A DNA stretch of 64,000 nt, taken from the IMG/VR virus record IMGVR_UViG_3300027833_000016; one strand, written 5' to 3'. The position numbers were made by a program, and so were the translations under genes. The notes under the pieces were generated by a model. The model searched no databases and had not been told where the DNA came from. It saw only the letters and a program-made list of their open reading frames with translations. Shown piece by piece: positions 30,008 through 39,792 of the stretch (position 1 is its first letter; every line of letters starts with the position of its first letter). Source of the stretch: a virus.

Positions 30008-30538
30008 ATGGCGATTTTAGGTGTAGATGACTTCAAGTCAAAACTAAAAGGTGGTGGTGCCCGTCCTAACCTCTTTAACTGTAAAGTTAACTTTCCTGCC
30101 TTTGCTATCGGTGATGCTGAATTAACATCATTTATGGCAAAAGGTGCGCAGTTACCTGCTTCCGTAATCAACCCAATCGTTGTTCCATTCCGTGGGCGAC
30201 AGTTGAAGATTGCAGGAGACCGAACTTTTGAAGATTGGACTGTAACTATTATAAATGATACTGGATTCGAAATTCGTGACGCTATGGAACGATGGATGAA
30301 TGGTATCAATTCACACAACGCAAACACTGGTTTCAACGATCCTGCTGAATACCAAACTGACCTTGCTGTTGAGCAACTGGACAAAGATGGACAGAAGTTG
30401 AAAGTATATCACTTCCGTTCTTGTTTCCCAGTCAACATCTCAGCAATTGACTTGAACTATGATACTGTCGATACTATCGAAGAGTTTCAGGTAACGTTCA
30501 ACGTTCAATACTGGGAAGCAGATGGCGTAACTTCATAG
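30008..30538 (+). CDS. gp19: Tail tube protein gp19
   Basis: GGGARPNLF, FRGRQLKIAGDRTFEDW. Confidence 0.96.
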   Translation: MAILGVDDFKSKLKGGGARPNLFNCKVNFPAFAIGDAELTSFMAKGAQLPASVINPIVVPFRGRQLKIAGDRTFEDWTVTIINDTGFEIRDAMERWMNGINSHNANTGFNDPAEYQTDLAVEQLDKDGQKLKVYHFRSCFPVNISAIDLNYDTVDTIEEFQVTFNVQYWEADGVTS

Positions 30539-30560
30539 TTACGACAGGACTAAATATATG

Positions 30561-30585
30561 CGAAGGGGGGACTTTCTCCCCTTCG
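30561..30585 (+). other. Stem-loop between gp19 and gp20 (attenuator or processing signal)
   Basis: cgaagggg...ccccttcg without a U tract. Confidence 0.6.
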
Positions 30586-30607
30586 TACTATATCTAAAGG
30601 ATAGGAA

Positions 30608-32131
30608 ATGGCAGACGATAACAACAACATTATTAAACTATTCGGTTTCGAACTTTCTCGTACTAAGAAGAGAGAGCAAGGAAAAGAAAATGATAAACTT
30701 CCCAGTATCGTTCCGAAGACGGATGACGATGGGGCAGGATATGTTACCGCGTCTGGTTCACACTACGGACAGTACATTGATATCAATGGTGACAATGCGA
30801 AGGATAACGCAGAACTCATTATGAAGTATCGCGGAGTTGCTCAACATCCCGAAGTGGATGCGGCAATCGAAGACATAGTGAACGAGAGTATCTCTGGTTC
30901 AGAGAACGAATCACCGGTTACGATCAACCTAGATGGTGTTGAAACATCTGATAAGATCAAGAAATTAATTAATGAAGAGTTCGATAATGTCACAAGTATG
31001 TTGAACTTTTCAGATCTAGGACATGATATATTCAGGTCTTGGTATGTGGATGGACGATTAGTTCACCACTTAATTGTTAACGAATCTAACCTCAAGGCAG
31101 GTATCCAAGAGATACGTCCTATTGATGCTGTTAAGGTTCGCAAAGTTAAAGAAGTTAAGTATAAGAAAGACGATAAGACTGGTGCAAAGATTGTAGACAA
31201 GACAGAAGAGTTCTATGTCTTCCAAGAGAAGAACCAGACTCAGAGTGCAGTCAAGTTAACACCAGACTCCGTGTCGTATGTTACCTCTGGTATCACTGAC
31301 CCGACTAAGAAACGTGTCGTATCTTTCTTACACAAAGCAATCAAACCTATCAACCAACTGCGTATGATGGAAGACAGTCTAGTAATATACAGACTTGCTC
31401 GTGCGCCCGAACGTAGAATCTTTTACATAGACGTGGGTAACCTTCCTGCTAACAAAGCAGAGCAACACATGAAGGAGATCCAGACTCGTTATCGTAACAA
31501 GTTAGTATACGATGCAAGTACTGGTAACCTCAAAGATGATCGTAAACATATGTCTATGCTCGAAGACTTCTGGTTACCTCGTAGAGAAGGTGGTCGTGGT
31601 ACTGAGATCAGCACACTTCCCGGTGGTGAGAACCTTGGGCAGATTGATGACATTGTATACTTCCAGAAGAGATTGTATCGTTCATTGAACGTGCCTATTG
31701 GTAGGTTGGAGCAGGAATCACAGTTCAGTCTAGGAAGATCTACAGAGATCTCTAGAGATGAAGTGAAGTTCCAGAAGTTTATTGACCGTCTGAGACGTAG
31801 GTTCTCTGGACTGTTCACAACTATCTTGAAGAAGCAGTTGATCCTTAAACAGATCATCACCCCCGAAGACTGGGAGCAATTCAAGAACGACATACAGATT
31901 GACTTTGTTAGAGATAATCACTTTACAGAGTTGAAAGATTCTGAGATACTTAGAGAAAGACTAAGTACTATGGATCAGTTATCACAATACGTTGGAGAGT
32001 ACTTCTCGCGTGAATGGGTAATGAAGAGTGTAATGATGATGTCTGATGAAGACATTGAACAAATGGCAAAACAAGTCGAAGCAGAGAATAGTAAGGGTGG
32101 AGACGATGACACAGGTAATGAGGAATATTAA
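30608..32131 (+). CDS. gp20: Portal protein gp20
   Basis: IYRLARAPERRIFYIDVGN, MLEDFWLPRREGGRGTEI. Confidence 0.97.
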   Translation: MADDNNNIIKLFGFELSRTKKREQGKENDKLPSIVPKTDDDGAGYVTASGSHYGQYIDINGDNAKDNAELIMKYRGVAQHPEVDAAIEDIVNESISGSENESPVTINLDGVETSDKIKKLINEEFDNVTSMLNFSDLGHDIFRSWYVDGRLVHHLIVNESNLKAGIQEIRPIDAVKVRKVKEVKYKKDDKTGAKIVDKTEEFYVFQEKNQTQSAVKLTPDSVSYVTSGITDPTKKRVVSFLHKAIKPINQLRMMEDSLVIYRLARAPERRIFYIDVGNLPANKAEQHMKEIQTRYRNKLVYDASTGNLKDDRKHMSMLEDFWLPRREGGRGTEISTLPGGENLGQIDDIVYFQKRLYRSLNVPIGRLEQESQFSLGRSTEISRDEVKFQKFIDRLRRRFSGLFTTILKKQLILKQIITPEDWEQFKNDIQIDFVRDNHFTELKDSEILRERLSTMDQLSQYVGEYFSREWVMKSVMMMSDEDIEQMAKQVEAENSKGGDDDTGNEEY

Positions 32132-32421
32132 TGGAAATTGATTTAGAAACAAACCAACAACAGATCGCAGACCTTATCGATCAGATACAGGCACAGAACT
32201 TTAATCAAGCAAAGGAACACTTCGATTCTTTACTGAATGATAAAATGTCCGATGCGGCAGAAGCAGAGAAGATTAATATTGCTGATACTATCTTTAACGG
32301 TGCCGAAGACGAGTCTCACGATGATGATAGCACAGTGGACGATGACCTAACGGATGACCCTGATGAGGTAGAGATCCTCGACCAAGAAGGGGAAGTTATC
32401 CCTGATGAAGACGAAGACTAA
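32131..32421 (+). CDS. Acidic prohead core protein (gp67-like by position)
   Basis: Very acidic small ORF directly after the portal gene. Confidence 0.55.
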   Translation: MEIDLETNQQQIADLIDQIQAQNFNQAKEHFDSLLNDKMSDAAEAEKINIADTIFNGAEDESHDDDSTVDDDLTDDPDEVEILDQEGEVIPDEDED

Positions 32422-32448
32422 TTAGTTTCATCTTAAAGATCTTATTTG

Positions 32449-32456
32449 TATAAATA
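32449..32456 (+). promoter_or_regulatory. gp55 late promoter
   Basis: Intergenic TATAAATA. Confidence 0.85.
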
Positions 32457-32481
32457 AATACATCTAACACGGAAACTTAGT

Positions 32482-32673
32482 ATGAAAACATTTCAACAGA
32501 TCAGAGAGGGTGCCAAAGTTGTCTTTAATAAGAAGATAGATAAGGTGCCAGTTAAGATCGTTAAAGAACCAAAAGGTTTCTGTGTGTATATAGACGGTGA
32601 TAAACTTGACGTGTTCAAGTCACAAGCAGAGGCAGAGAAGACAGCGAAGACTGTCATAAAGGAACTTAAATGA
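32482..32673 (+). CDS. Small late protein (MKTFxQIRE N-terminus; likely prohead core/internal protein)
   Basis: Late promoter at 32449; N-terminus resembles a T4 capsid-targeting sequence. Confidence 0.6.
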   Translation: MKTFQQIREGAKVVFNKKIDKVPVKIVKEPKGFCVYIDGDKLDVFKSQAEAEKTAKTVIKELK

Positions 32674-33332
32674 AACTGATTAGTGAATTCACTGAAACAG
32701 GTCTGCAATGTATAACAGAGGCAAAGAAGGATGGTAGTGGTAAGAACTATATCATCGAAGGTGTCTTTGCACAGGCAGATCAAAAGAATAGAAACGGACG
32801 TATTTATCCGCGACCCATTATGGAGAACGCAGTAAACAAATACGTCACGGAACAAGTTAGCAAGAAGAGGGCAGTCGGTGAGTTGAATCACCCCGAAGGC
32901 CCAACTGTTAACTTGGACAAGGTTTCGCACCTCATCACAGATCTCCGTTTGGAAGGAAATGATGTGGTCGGAAAAGCACAAATATTGGATACTCCAATGG
33001 GTAAGATTGTTAAAGGTCTCCTTGAAGGTGGTGTACAACTAGGCGTGTCAACTCGTGGAATGGGAAGCATTGAGAACCGAAATGGTGTCGCATATGTTAA
33101 GGATGATTTTATCCTTGCAACTGTAGACATAGTACAAGACCCTTCAGCACCAGACGCATTTGTTAATGGGATCATGGAAGGTGTAGACTGGGTTTGGAAT
33201 AACGGCATTTTGGAACAAAGTGTAATTGAAGATATGGAGACTGAGATCAAGAACGCACCGAAAGCGTATAGCAGTGCTGTACAAATTCGAGAGTTTAAAA
33301 ATTTCCTCTCGTTAATCAAATCTAATATGTAA
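32670..33332 (+). CDS. gp21: Prohead protease gp21
   Basis: NRNGRIY, GELNHP, LGVSTRGMGS, DPSAPDAFV. Confidence 0.96.
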   Translation: MKLISEFTETGLQCITEAKKDGSGKNYIIEGVFAQADQKNRNGRIYPRPIMENAVNKYVTEQVSKKRAVGELNHPEGPTVNLDKVSHLITDLRLEGNDVVGKAQILDTPMGKIVKGLLEGGVQLGVSTRGMGSIENRNGVAYVKDDFILATVDIVQDPSAPDAFVNGIMEGVDWVWNNGILEQSVIEDMETEIKNAPKAYSSAVQIREFKNFLSLIKSNM

Positions 33333-33342
33333 GGAGTCAATT

Positions 33343-34371
33343 ATGACTGAAGAAAGTAAAGTCGAAGTTGAACTTCACGATGATATTAACGAAATCGTGG
33401 AGGAAACTCTCGAAGAAAAAGCACCTACTGCTAAAGGCATTAGTACAGACGGTCAGGAAGTATCTGAACCAGAAAGTATTGCGTCTGTAGACAAGGCGGC
33501 TAACGCAACCACACAAGCGGCAGTCCCTAAGACTAAAGCAGGTATGGTTAATGCTATGTACCAGAAGATGAACAAGTTAGACAAGAAGAGTCTTCAGGCG
33601 GCATACGGTAAAATGATGGGCGAAGAAGTAGTAGTAGATCAAGAAGTTGTTGCTGAGACTAGCACGACTGCTGAGTTAGATGCACTAGTCGAATCAGAGG
33701 CAACTCTGTCAGACGAGTTCAAGACTAAGACTCAAGCAATCTTTGAATCTGCTGTTAAGTCACAACTCTCCGAAGAAGTTGCTCGGTTAGAAGAGCAATA
33801 TAAAGGTGAACTTGCTGAAGAAGTACAGACTATTAAGTCTGATCTTGTTGAGAAAGTTGACTCATACTTAAACTACGTTGTTGAGTCTTGGATGGAAGAC
33901 AATAAAGTTGCTGTACAGAACGGTCTCCGTACTGAAATCGCAGAGAACTTTATGGAGAAAATGAAGGACTTGTTTGTTGAGTCTCACATTACTGTTCCAG
34001 AATCTAAGGTTGACCTAGTTGATGAACTCGCAAGTCAAGTTGAAGAACTTGAAGAGAAGTTAAATTCTCAGACTGGTGAGAGCATCAAACTGTCCGAAGA
34101 ACTTGAAGTACTGAAGCGTGATCAAATCATTGCTGAAGCGGCACGAGGACTGGCAGACACCCAAGTTGAGAAGTTAAAAGGTCTTGCAGAGAAAGTAGAG
34201 TTTGATGCTGATTATGCATCAAAAGTTGCCAAACTGAAAGAGCAGTACTTCTCCAAAGAAATCACTGAAGAAATGATCACCGATGAGGAACCTGAAGCAC
34301 TAGTTGAAGTTTCTGATTCTATGAGCAGGTATGTCGGTAAACTTCAACAAATGTCCAAGACTGCATTTTAG
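33343..34371 (+). CDS. gp22: Prohead scaffold gp22
   Basis: Acidic coiled coil, VDSYLNYVVESW; synteny. Confidence 0.92.
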   Translation: MTEESKVEVELHDDINEIVEETLEEKAPTAKGISTDGQEVSEPESIASVDKAANATTQAAVPKTKAGMVNAMYQKMNKLDKKSLQAAYGKMMGEEVVVDQEVVAETSTTAELDALVESEATLSDEFKTKTQAIFESAVKSQLSEEVARLEEQYKGELAEEVQTIKSDLVEKVDSYLNYVVESWMEDNKVAVQNGLRTEIAENFMEKMKDLFVESHITVPESKVDLVDELASQVEELEEKLNSQTGESIKLSEELEVLKRDQIIAEAARGLADTQVEKLKGLAEKVEFDADYASKVAKLKEQYFSKEITEEMITDEEPEALVEVSDSMSRYVGKLQQMSKTAF

Positions 34372-34411
34372 TAGTCAGACTATAATAAATCTTATTTAAG
34401 GAAACAAAGAT

Positions 34412-35764
34412 ATGAACTCATATGATACTCTCGTTGAAAAATGGGCACCGGTACTGAACGAAAATAGTTCTGGTGAAATTAAAGACGCACATCGTCGAAG
34501 CGTAACTGCCGCTATCTTGGAAAACCAAGAGATCGCAATGAACGCTGAACGCGCACAATCACAAGGTTTCGGTGGATTGAACGAAGCCGCTCCCGGTAAC
34601 TCTACAACATCTGCAAGCAACTGGGATCCAGTTTTGATCTCTCTTGTTCGTCGTGCTATGCCTAATCTTATGGCATATGACGTTTGTGGTGTACAACCAA
34701 TGTCTGGCCCAACTGGTCTCATCTTCGCGATGAAGGCACGTTATGGCGCAGGTGCAACTGGATCTCGTGAAGCATTGTTCAACGAAGCAGAGACTCAATT
34801 CTCTGGTGATCGTTCTACTAGTCACGATTCAGACAACGCTTCTGGTTTCAGTGGTATTTCTGATGACTCGGTAACTGGTACTCGTACTGTCGATAGTTCT
34901 GTAGATGATTCTCGTCTAACTAGCACTTTCGGTTCTGGTATGACTACTGCCGCGGCTGAAGCACTGGGTGACGGTGTTGGCGCACCATTCGCTGAGATGG
35001 GATTCACCATCGAAAAAGCAACTGTGACTGCTAAGTCTCGTGCATTGAAAGCAGAATACTCGCTTGAACTTGCTCAAGATCTTAAAGCAATCCACGGTTT
35101 GGACGCTGAAACTGAACTTGCTAACATTCTTAGCACAGAGATCCTTGCGGAAATTAACCGTGAAGTTATCCGTACTATCAACAGTCAAGCAAAAACTGGT
35201 GCTTTACAATCTAACGTTGCTACTCGTGGTATCTTCAATCTCAGCACTGATGCTGATGGTCGTTGGTCTGCTGAGAAGTTCAAAGGTTTAGTTGTACAGA
35301 TTGATCGTGAATGTAACGTGATCGCTAAAGAAACTCGTCGTGGTAAAGGTAACGTAGTAATCTGTTCTTCAGATGTTGCTACTGCTCTTTCTGCTTCTGG
35401 TATGCTTGATTACAGTCCCGGTCTTGCTACTTCTTTGCAAGTAGATGATACTGGTAACACCTTTGCAGGTACTTTGAATGGTCGCATTAAAGTCTACATC
35501 GATCCATACGCCACTGCTGATTATATCACAGTTGGTTATAAAGGAACTAACGCTTATGACGCAGGTGTATTCTACTGCCCATATGTGCCTTTACAAATGG
35601 TTAAAGCAGTTGGCGAAGATAACTTCCAACCGAAGATCGGTTTCAAGACTCGTTACGGAATGGCATCTAACCCATATGTAGGAACTACTCCTGCTGATGG
35701 ACTTGCTACTGTTAAGACTAACTCCTACTACAGAATCTTCCGCGTAGACAACATCCTCGCGTAG
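34412..35764 (+). CDS. gp23: Major capsid protein gp23
   Basis: GVQPMSGPTGLIFAM, SRALKAEYSLELAQDLKAIHGLDAE, FQPKIGFKTRYG. Confidence 0.98.
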   Translation: MNSYDTLVEKWAPVLNENSSGEIKDAHRRSVTAAILENQEIAMNAERAQSQGFGGLNEAAPGNSTTSASNWDPVLISLVRRAMPNLMAYDVCGVQPMSGPTGLIFAMKARYGAGATGSREALFNEAETQFSGDRSTSHDSDNASGFSGISDDSVTGTRTVDSSVDDSRLTSTFGSGMTTAAAEALGDGVGAPFAEMGFTIEKATVTAKSRALKAEYSLELAQDLKAIHGLDAETELANILSTEILAEINREVIRTINSQAKTGALQSNVATRGIFNLSTDADGRWSAEKFKGLVVQIDRECNVIAKETRRGKGNVVICSSDVATALSASGMLDYSPGLATSLQVDDTGNTFAGTLNGRIKVYIDPYATADYITVGYKGTNAYDAGVFYCPYVPLQMVKAVGEDNFQPKIGFKTRYGMASNPYVGTTPADGLATVKTNSYYRIFRVDNILA

Positions 35765-35824
35765 TGGTAGTATAAAAATAAGAGTAGGATCCTCACGGGA
35801 AGTGAGACAACCTACCTTCTTTAT

Positions 35825-35849
35825 GGGACTCTTCGGAGTCCCTTTTTTT
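35825..35849 (+). terminator. Rho-independent terminator after gp23
   Basis: gggactc-TTCG-gagtccc followed by T7. Confidence 0.92.
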
Positions 35850-35854
35850 ATGCG

Positions 35855-35862
35855 TATAAATA
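35855..35862 (+). promoter_or_regulatory. gp55 late promoter
   Basis: TATAAATA right after the gp23 terminator. Confidence 0.85.
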
Positions 35863-35952
35863 CAGACAAGGATTAAGTTCTGCGTATCAAGTGGTACGCA
35901 CCGCAGTTGTGGAAAGGAAACCACAGTCGGAAGTACAAGATAGGAGATTACT

Positions 35953-36162
35953 ATGCGTATTATTGCAATTGCGTTCGCATTGGTTCTGTCTGCTTGTTCA
36001 ACTGTCGATGCAACTATCGATGGTACTGGTGGTGTTATTAAAGGTGTCGGTTCCGATGTCTTTGGTGTAACTGCCGGTGTATTGGACGTAACATCTAACT
36101 TGATTAAAGATGTTGCTACCAAGACTGGCACAGATGCAACTGCACCAACCGAAGAAGAATAG
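35953..36162 (+). CDS. Small lipoprotein
   Basis: Signal peptide with lipobox LSA-C; AGGAG RBS; own late promoter at 35855. Confidence 0.8.
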   Translation: MRIIAIAFALVLSACSTVDATIDGTGGVIKGVGSDVFGVTAGVLDVTSNLIKDVATKTGTDATAPTEEE

Positions 36163-36195
36163 GAGTGCGCTGGCCAAGGATGGCACTATTACTTG

Positions 36196-36203
36196 TATAA
36201 ATA
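36196..36203 (+). promoter_or_regulatory. gp55 late promoter
   Basis: Intergenic TATAAATA upstream of gp3. Confidence 0.85.
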
Positions 36204-36227
36204 GAACTATACAACACAGAGGTCAAC

Positions 36228-36719
36228 ATGGCATTAACAGAGAATAAAAACTACCTACAACCCACAGGGTTTAGGTTAATCATAGCAGGTGAAGAGTACA
36301 AGAACCTAGAGTACTTTATACAGTCTGTTATCCATCCCGGTTCTAGCGTTACTCCATTGGAGATGCCAGTTGCGCGAATCACGTCTGTCCCTTTGGCAGG
36401 TGATAAGATCCAGTATGGTGAGTTACAAGTAGAAGTAATATGCGATGAAGACATGACTGCATACAAAGAGATGCAGGGTTGGTTGGAACGTATTGTTACG
36501 GACGGACAGGTTGATGGTAATGAAGGTGGGAAGGTTAATACCTATTCTGATATTACTCTTGTTATACTAACAAGTCACAACAATAAGAACGTGACCTTTA
36601 AGTACAATGATTGCTTGCCTACTAACGTGGGGCAGATCTCAATGAACTCTAATGTCGCAGACGTAGTTTATCCTACATTCAATGTATCATTCAGGTTCAG
36701 TTCTTTCGAGTTAAAGTAA
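36228..36719 (+). CDS. gp3: Tail tube terminator/completion protein gp3-like
   Basis: NYLQPTGF, GDKIQYGEL, DEDMTAYKEMQGW; synteny. Confidence 0.85.
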   Translation: MALTENKNYLQPTGFRLIIAGEEYKNLEYFIQSVIHPGSSVTPLEMPVARITSVPLAGDKIQYGELQVEVICDEDMTAYKEMQGWLERIVTDGQVDGNEGGKVNTYSDITLVILTSHNNKNVTFKYNDCLPTNVGQISMNSNVADVVYPTFNVSFRFSSFELK

Positions 36720-37343
36720 ATGCAGAAAGTCTATATTATGAATGAGAGGTTACTCTCTATCCTTGATAGATGGGTACTGTTCGTTGACAAGTATGATGTT
36801 ATGTCTAACAACACAATGTTAGATGGTAAAGACAGAGATCACTATGTTAGCAATGAGTACTTGGAATCAATACAAGCAGATCATATAGGTCATCCTGAGA
36901 CCGCAAGATCATATTGTATCAAACCTCCTCACTACAAGGGGGTTGACAAGAACTACCAACTAGAGTATAATATACTCGACTCAGAGATGAGAACAGAGTT
37001 GGGTGTCAGACAATCAGCACTATCACAGTTGTACCCCGAAGATGGATTCATTGCTTGGCATTCTAATGCCGATGCATCATCATTCAATCTTATATTCACA
37101 TGGAGTGAGAAGGGAGACGGTTACTTCAAGTACGTTGATCCTATCACAAAGAACCATACATGGATGGTAGACAAGAAGGGTTGGCAGTGCAAGGCAGGTT
37201 ACTTTGGTTCTAACGATGAACCAGATAAGGTAATGTACCATTGTGCCGCAACCAACTGTAAGAGAATCACATTGAGTTACACGTTAGGTTTCGATGAGTC
37301 CTATTGGAAGGACGCTATTGAACATATAAATACAAAGGTATGA
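36720..37343 (+). CDS. 2OG-Fe(II) oxygenase-like protein
   Basis: YPEDGFIAWHSN...MYHCA...R; paralogue of the 16032 gene. Confidence 0.65.
   Translation: MQKVYIMNERLLSILDRWVLFVDKYDVMSNNTMLDGKDRDHYVSNEYLESIQADHIGHPETARSYCIKPPHYKGVDKNYQLEYNILDSEMRTELGVRQSALSQLYPEDGFIAWHSNADASSFNLIFTWSEKGDGYFKYVDPITKNHTWMVDKKGWQCKAGYFGSNDEPDKVMYHCAATNCKRITLSYTLGFDESYWKDAIEHINTKV
37325..37332 (+). promoter_or_regulatory. gp55 late promoter
   Basis: TATAAATA upstream of uvsY. Confidence 0.7.
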
Positions 37344-37435
37344 TAGAGTATCATGGGGCGTGATGCTTAATATAGACCACCCACTAAAGTCGGTTATAGT
37401 CTATCATACGCTATTATAATTAGAGAGAGAATATT

Positions 37436-37885
37436 ATGTTGTTAGACCTTGAAAGTATTATGGAAGAGTGGAAGAAGGATGCAGAGATCCCTACACACAA
37501 ATTAGATGATACATCTAGACAGACCCCATCCTTACACGCAAAGTATTTGCAGTACCTATCCTTGACTAAGTTGCAGTTGAAACGCACAGAGCATTCACAG
37601 GCAATCTTGTTGAAGGACAAGTGGGCGTATTACAATGGCAAGATGTCTCGCGAAGAGATAGAAGCAACTGGATGGAACCCAGATCCGTTTAACGGACTGA
37701 AGATCCTGAAGGGCGAGTTAGAATACTATTACAATGCTGATCCAGAACTTCAAAGAAGCGAAGAGAAGATCGCATACCTTAACACTATTATAAGTACACT
37801 TACAGAGATTGTTGATAGTTTGAAGTGGAGACACCAAACGATTGGCAATATTATTAAGTGGCGAGCATTTGAAGCAGGTGGTTAA
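37436..37885 (+). CDS. uvsY: Recombination mediator UvsY
   Basis: LHAKYL, YYNGK, IGNIIKWRAFEAG; position before uvsW. Confidence 0.88.
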   Translation: MLLDLESIMEEWKKDAEIPTHKLDDTSRQTPSLHAKYLQYLSLTKLQLKRTEHSQAILLKDKWAYYNGKMSREEIEATGWNPDPFNGLKILKGELEYYYNADPELQRSEEKIAYLNTIISTLTEIVDSLKWRHQTIGNIIKWRAFEAGG

Positions 37886-39387
37886 TGGAAGATAATACTA
37901 TACGCGTAGGTATGATGTCACACTCATACATAGCGATAGATGCTAATGCGGCACAGGATCAGGAACTCCGTGAGTTCTTTGCATTCTTTGCTCCCGGTTA
38001 CCAGTATATGCCAGCCTATAAAAGGAAGGTGTGGGATGGTCGGGTGAAGTTGTACAACCAAGTGACCAAGCAAATGAACGTTGGTCTCTATCATCACTTA
38101 CGAAAGTTCTGTGCTGATCGGTTCTATCCCTTACAGATCATTGAGCATGAAGAGTATGGTATTCCGTCTGCCAAGGATGAGGTTGATCATCCGTCACTGA
38201 TTAAGACTATGAGTTCATGGCAGATGCCGTTCGAAGCATATGATTATCAGTACAAAGCAATCAGTCATGGTATTGAAAACAAGAGGTGTTTGCTACTCTC
38301 TCCAACTGGGTCAGGGAAGAGTTTCATTATATACAATTTGATGCGGTTTGTCAAGGAAAATAAAGATGTATCTAAAACTTTAATCATTGTGCCTACCACA
38401 AGTCTGGTAGAGCAGATGTACAAAGACTTTGCCGACTATGGGTATGACGTGGATGAGAACGTCCATATGATCTACTCAGGTAAAGATAAGGTGACGGACA
38501 AACCTGTCATCATATCTACATGGCAGTCGATCTATAAGTTTGGTGTGGAATGGTTTGAGCAGTTCGATGCAGTGTTTGGTGATGAGGTACACCTGTTTAA
38601 GGCAAAGTCTCTATCTACTATGATGGACAAGTGTATCAATGCAAGGTATAGATTCGGTACTACAGGAACGTTGGATGGTACTGAGACGAACAAACTTGTG
38701 CTAGAAGGTTTATTCGGGCCAGTGTTTACGGTGACTAGCACCGCACAATTGCAGAAAGATAAACAACTAGCAGACCTTGACATCTCTATTCTGCTGTTGC
38801 GTTACCACAATGACAAGTGTCATTGGATGAAGGACAAGACCTATCAGGAGGAGATAGACTTCATTGTTACTAACAAAGCACGGAACAACTTCATTACTAA
38901 GTTGACAGTAGACCAGACAGGTAATACCTTGGTCATGTTCCAGTTCGTAGAGAAGCACGGCAAGATACTATTTGAACTTATCAAGGATGCAGTATCCGAT
39001 GACCGTAAGGTGTTCTATGTGTCTGGTGAGGTTGGCGCACAAGATCGCGAGAAGATCCGTGGTATAGTAGAGGGAGAAGACAATGCTATTATCGTTGCCT
39101 CTCTAGGTACCTTTAGTACAGGTATAAATATAAAGAACCTGCACAACATTGTATTTGCTACACCCAGTAAGTCTCAGGTTAAAGTATTACAGAGTATTGG
39201 ACGAGGACTAAGGAAGTCAGACAATGGTGTTGCAACTAAGTTGTTTGATATTGCTGATGACTTCCATGTAGATAAACATAAGAACTTTACTCTACGTCAC
39301 AGTGCCGAAAGGATTAAGATATACACGAAGGAAGGATTTAAGTACAGTATTTACCCTATTAACTTAAAGGAGCAAACCGATGACTGA
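37885..39387 (+). CDS. uvsW: Helicase UvsW
   Basis: SPTGSGKS, DEVH, QSIGRGLR. Confidence 0.95.
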   Translation: MEDNTIRVGMMSHSYIAIDANAAQDQELREFFAFFAPGYQYMPAYKRKVWDGRVKLYNQVTKQMNVGLYHHLRKFCADRFYPLQIIEHEEYGIPSAKDEVDHPSLIKTMSSWQMPFEAYDYQYKAISHGIENKRCLLLSPTGSGKSFIIYNLMRFVKENKDVSKTLIIVPTTSLVEQMYKDFADYGYDVDENVHMIYSGKDKVTDKPVIISTWQSIYKFGVEWFEQFDAVFGDEVHLFKAKSLSTMMDKCINARYRFGTTGTLDGTETNKLVLEGLFGPVFTVTSTAQLQKDKQLADLDISILLLRYHNDKCHWMKDKTYQEEIDFIVTNKARNNFITKLTVDQTGNTLVMFQFVEKHGKILFELIKDAVSDDRKVFYVSGEVGAQDREKIRGIVEGEDNAIIVASLGTFSTGINIKNLHNIVFATPSKSQVKVLQSIGRGLRKSDNGVATKLFDIADDFHVDKHKNFTLRHSAERIKIYTKEGFKYSIYPINLKEQTDD

Positions 39388-39757
39388 TAATATAAAGCAA
39401 CTGAAGTTGGTTACTGGTGAAGAGATAATCTGTGAAATCATTGAAGAGGATGATCAAGATCTAATCATAAGAAATCCACTTGCCTTTGAATATAAAGTTA
39501 CACCCGAAGGAGATCGAATGTGGTCGTATCGTCTGTTCATGTGTTACCAAGACGATCCTGATAAATTGATTCTAATTAAGATCGATAAGATTGTGGCAAT
39601 TGCTAACCCAGTCCCATCGATAGTGAATCAATATATAAAGGGTGTAGAATCAATTATGGATTATAATGGTGATGACTATGATGAAGAAGAAGATCTTGAA
39701 TACGATAGTGATGAAACATCAAAAGACAACGTTCTTCTGTTCCCAACCATCCACTAA
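39380..39757 (+). CDS. Conserved hypothetical protein (Sm-like, LKLVTGEEIIC)
   Basis: Typical ORF between uvsW and gp55 in marine T4-like phages. Confidence 0.7.
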   Translation: MTDNIKQLKLVTGEEIICEIIEEDDQDLIIRNPLAFEYKVTPEGDRMWSYRLFMCYQDDPDKLILIKIDKIVAIANPVPSIVNQYIKGVESIMDYNGDDYDEEEDLEYDSDETSKDNVLLFPTIH

Positions 39758-39792
39758 ACATAGTGTATTGGCTGTGGGCAGACGACTGTCTT

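Noticed and set aside
35870-35940. Firm call of a glutamine or c-di-GMP riboswitch
   Set aside because: The resemblance is only partial (gttc, cgcagt, ggaag) and the closing stem is poor. It is kept only as an unassigned structured leader.
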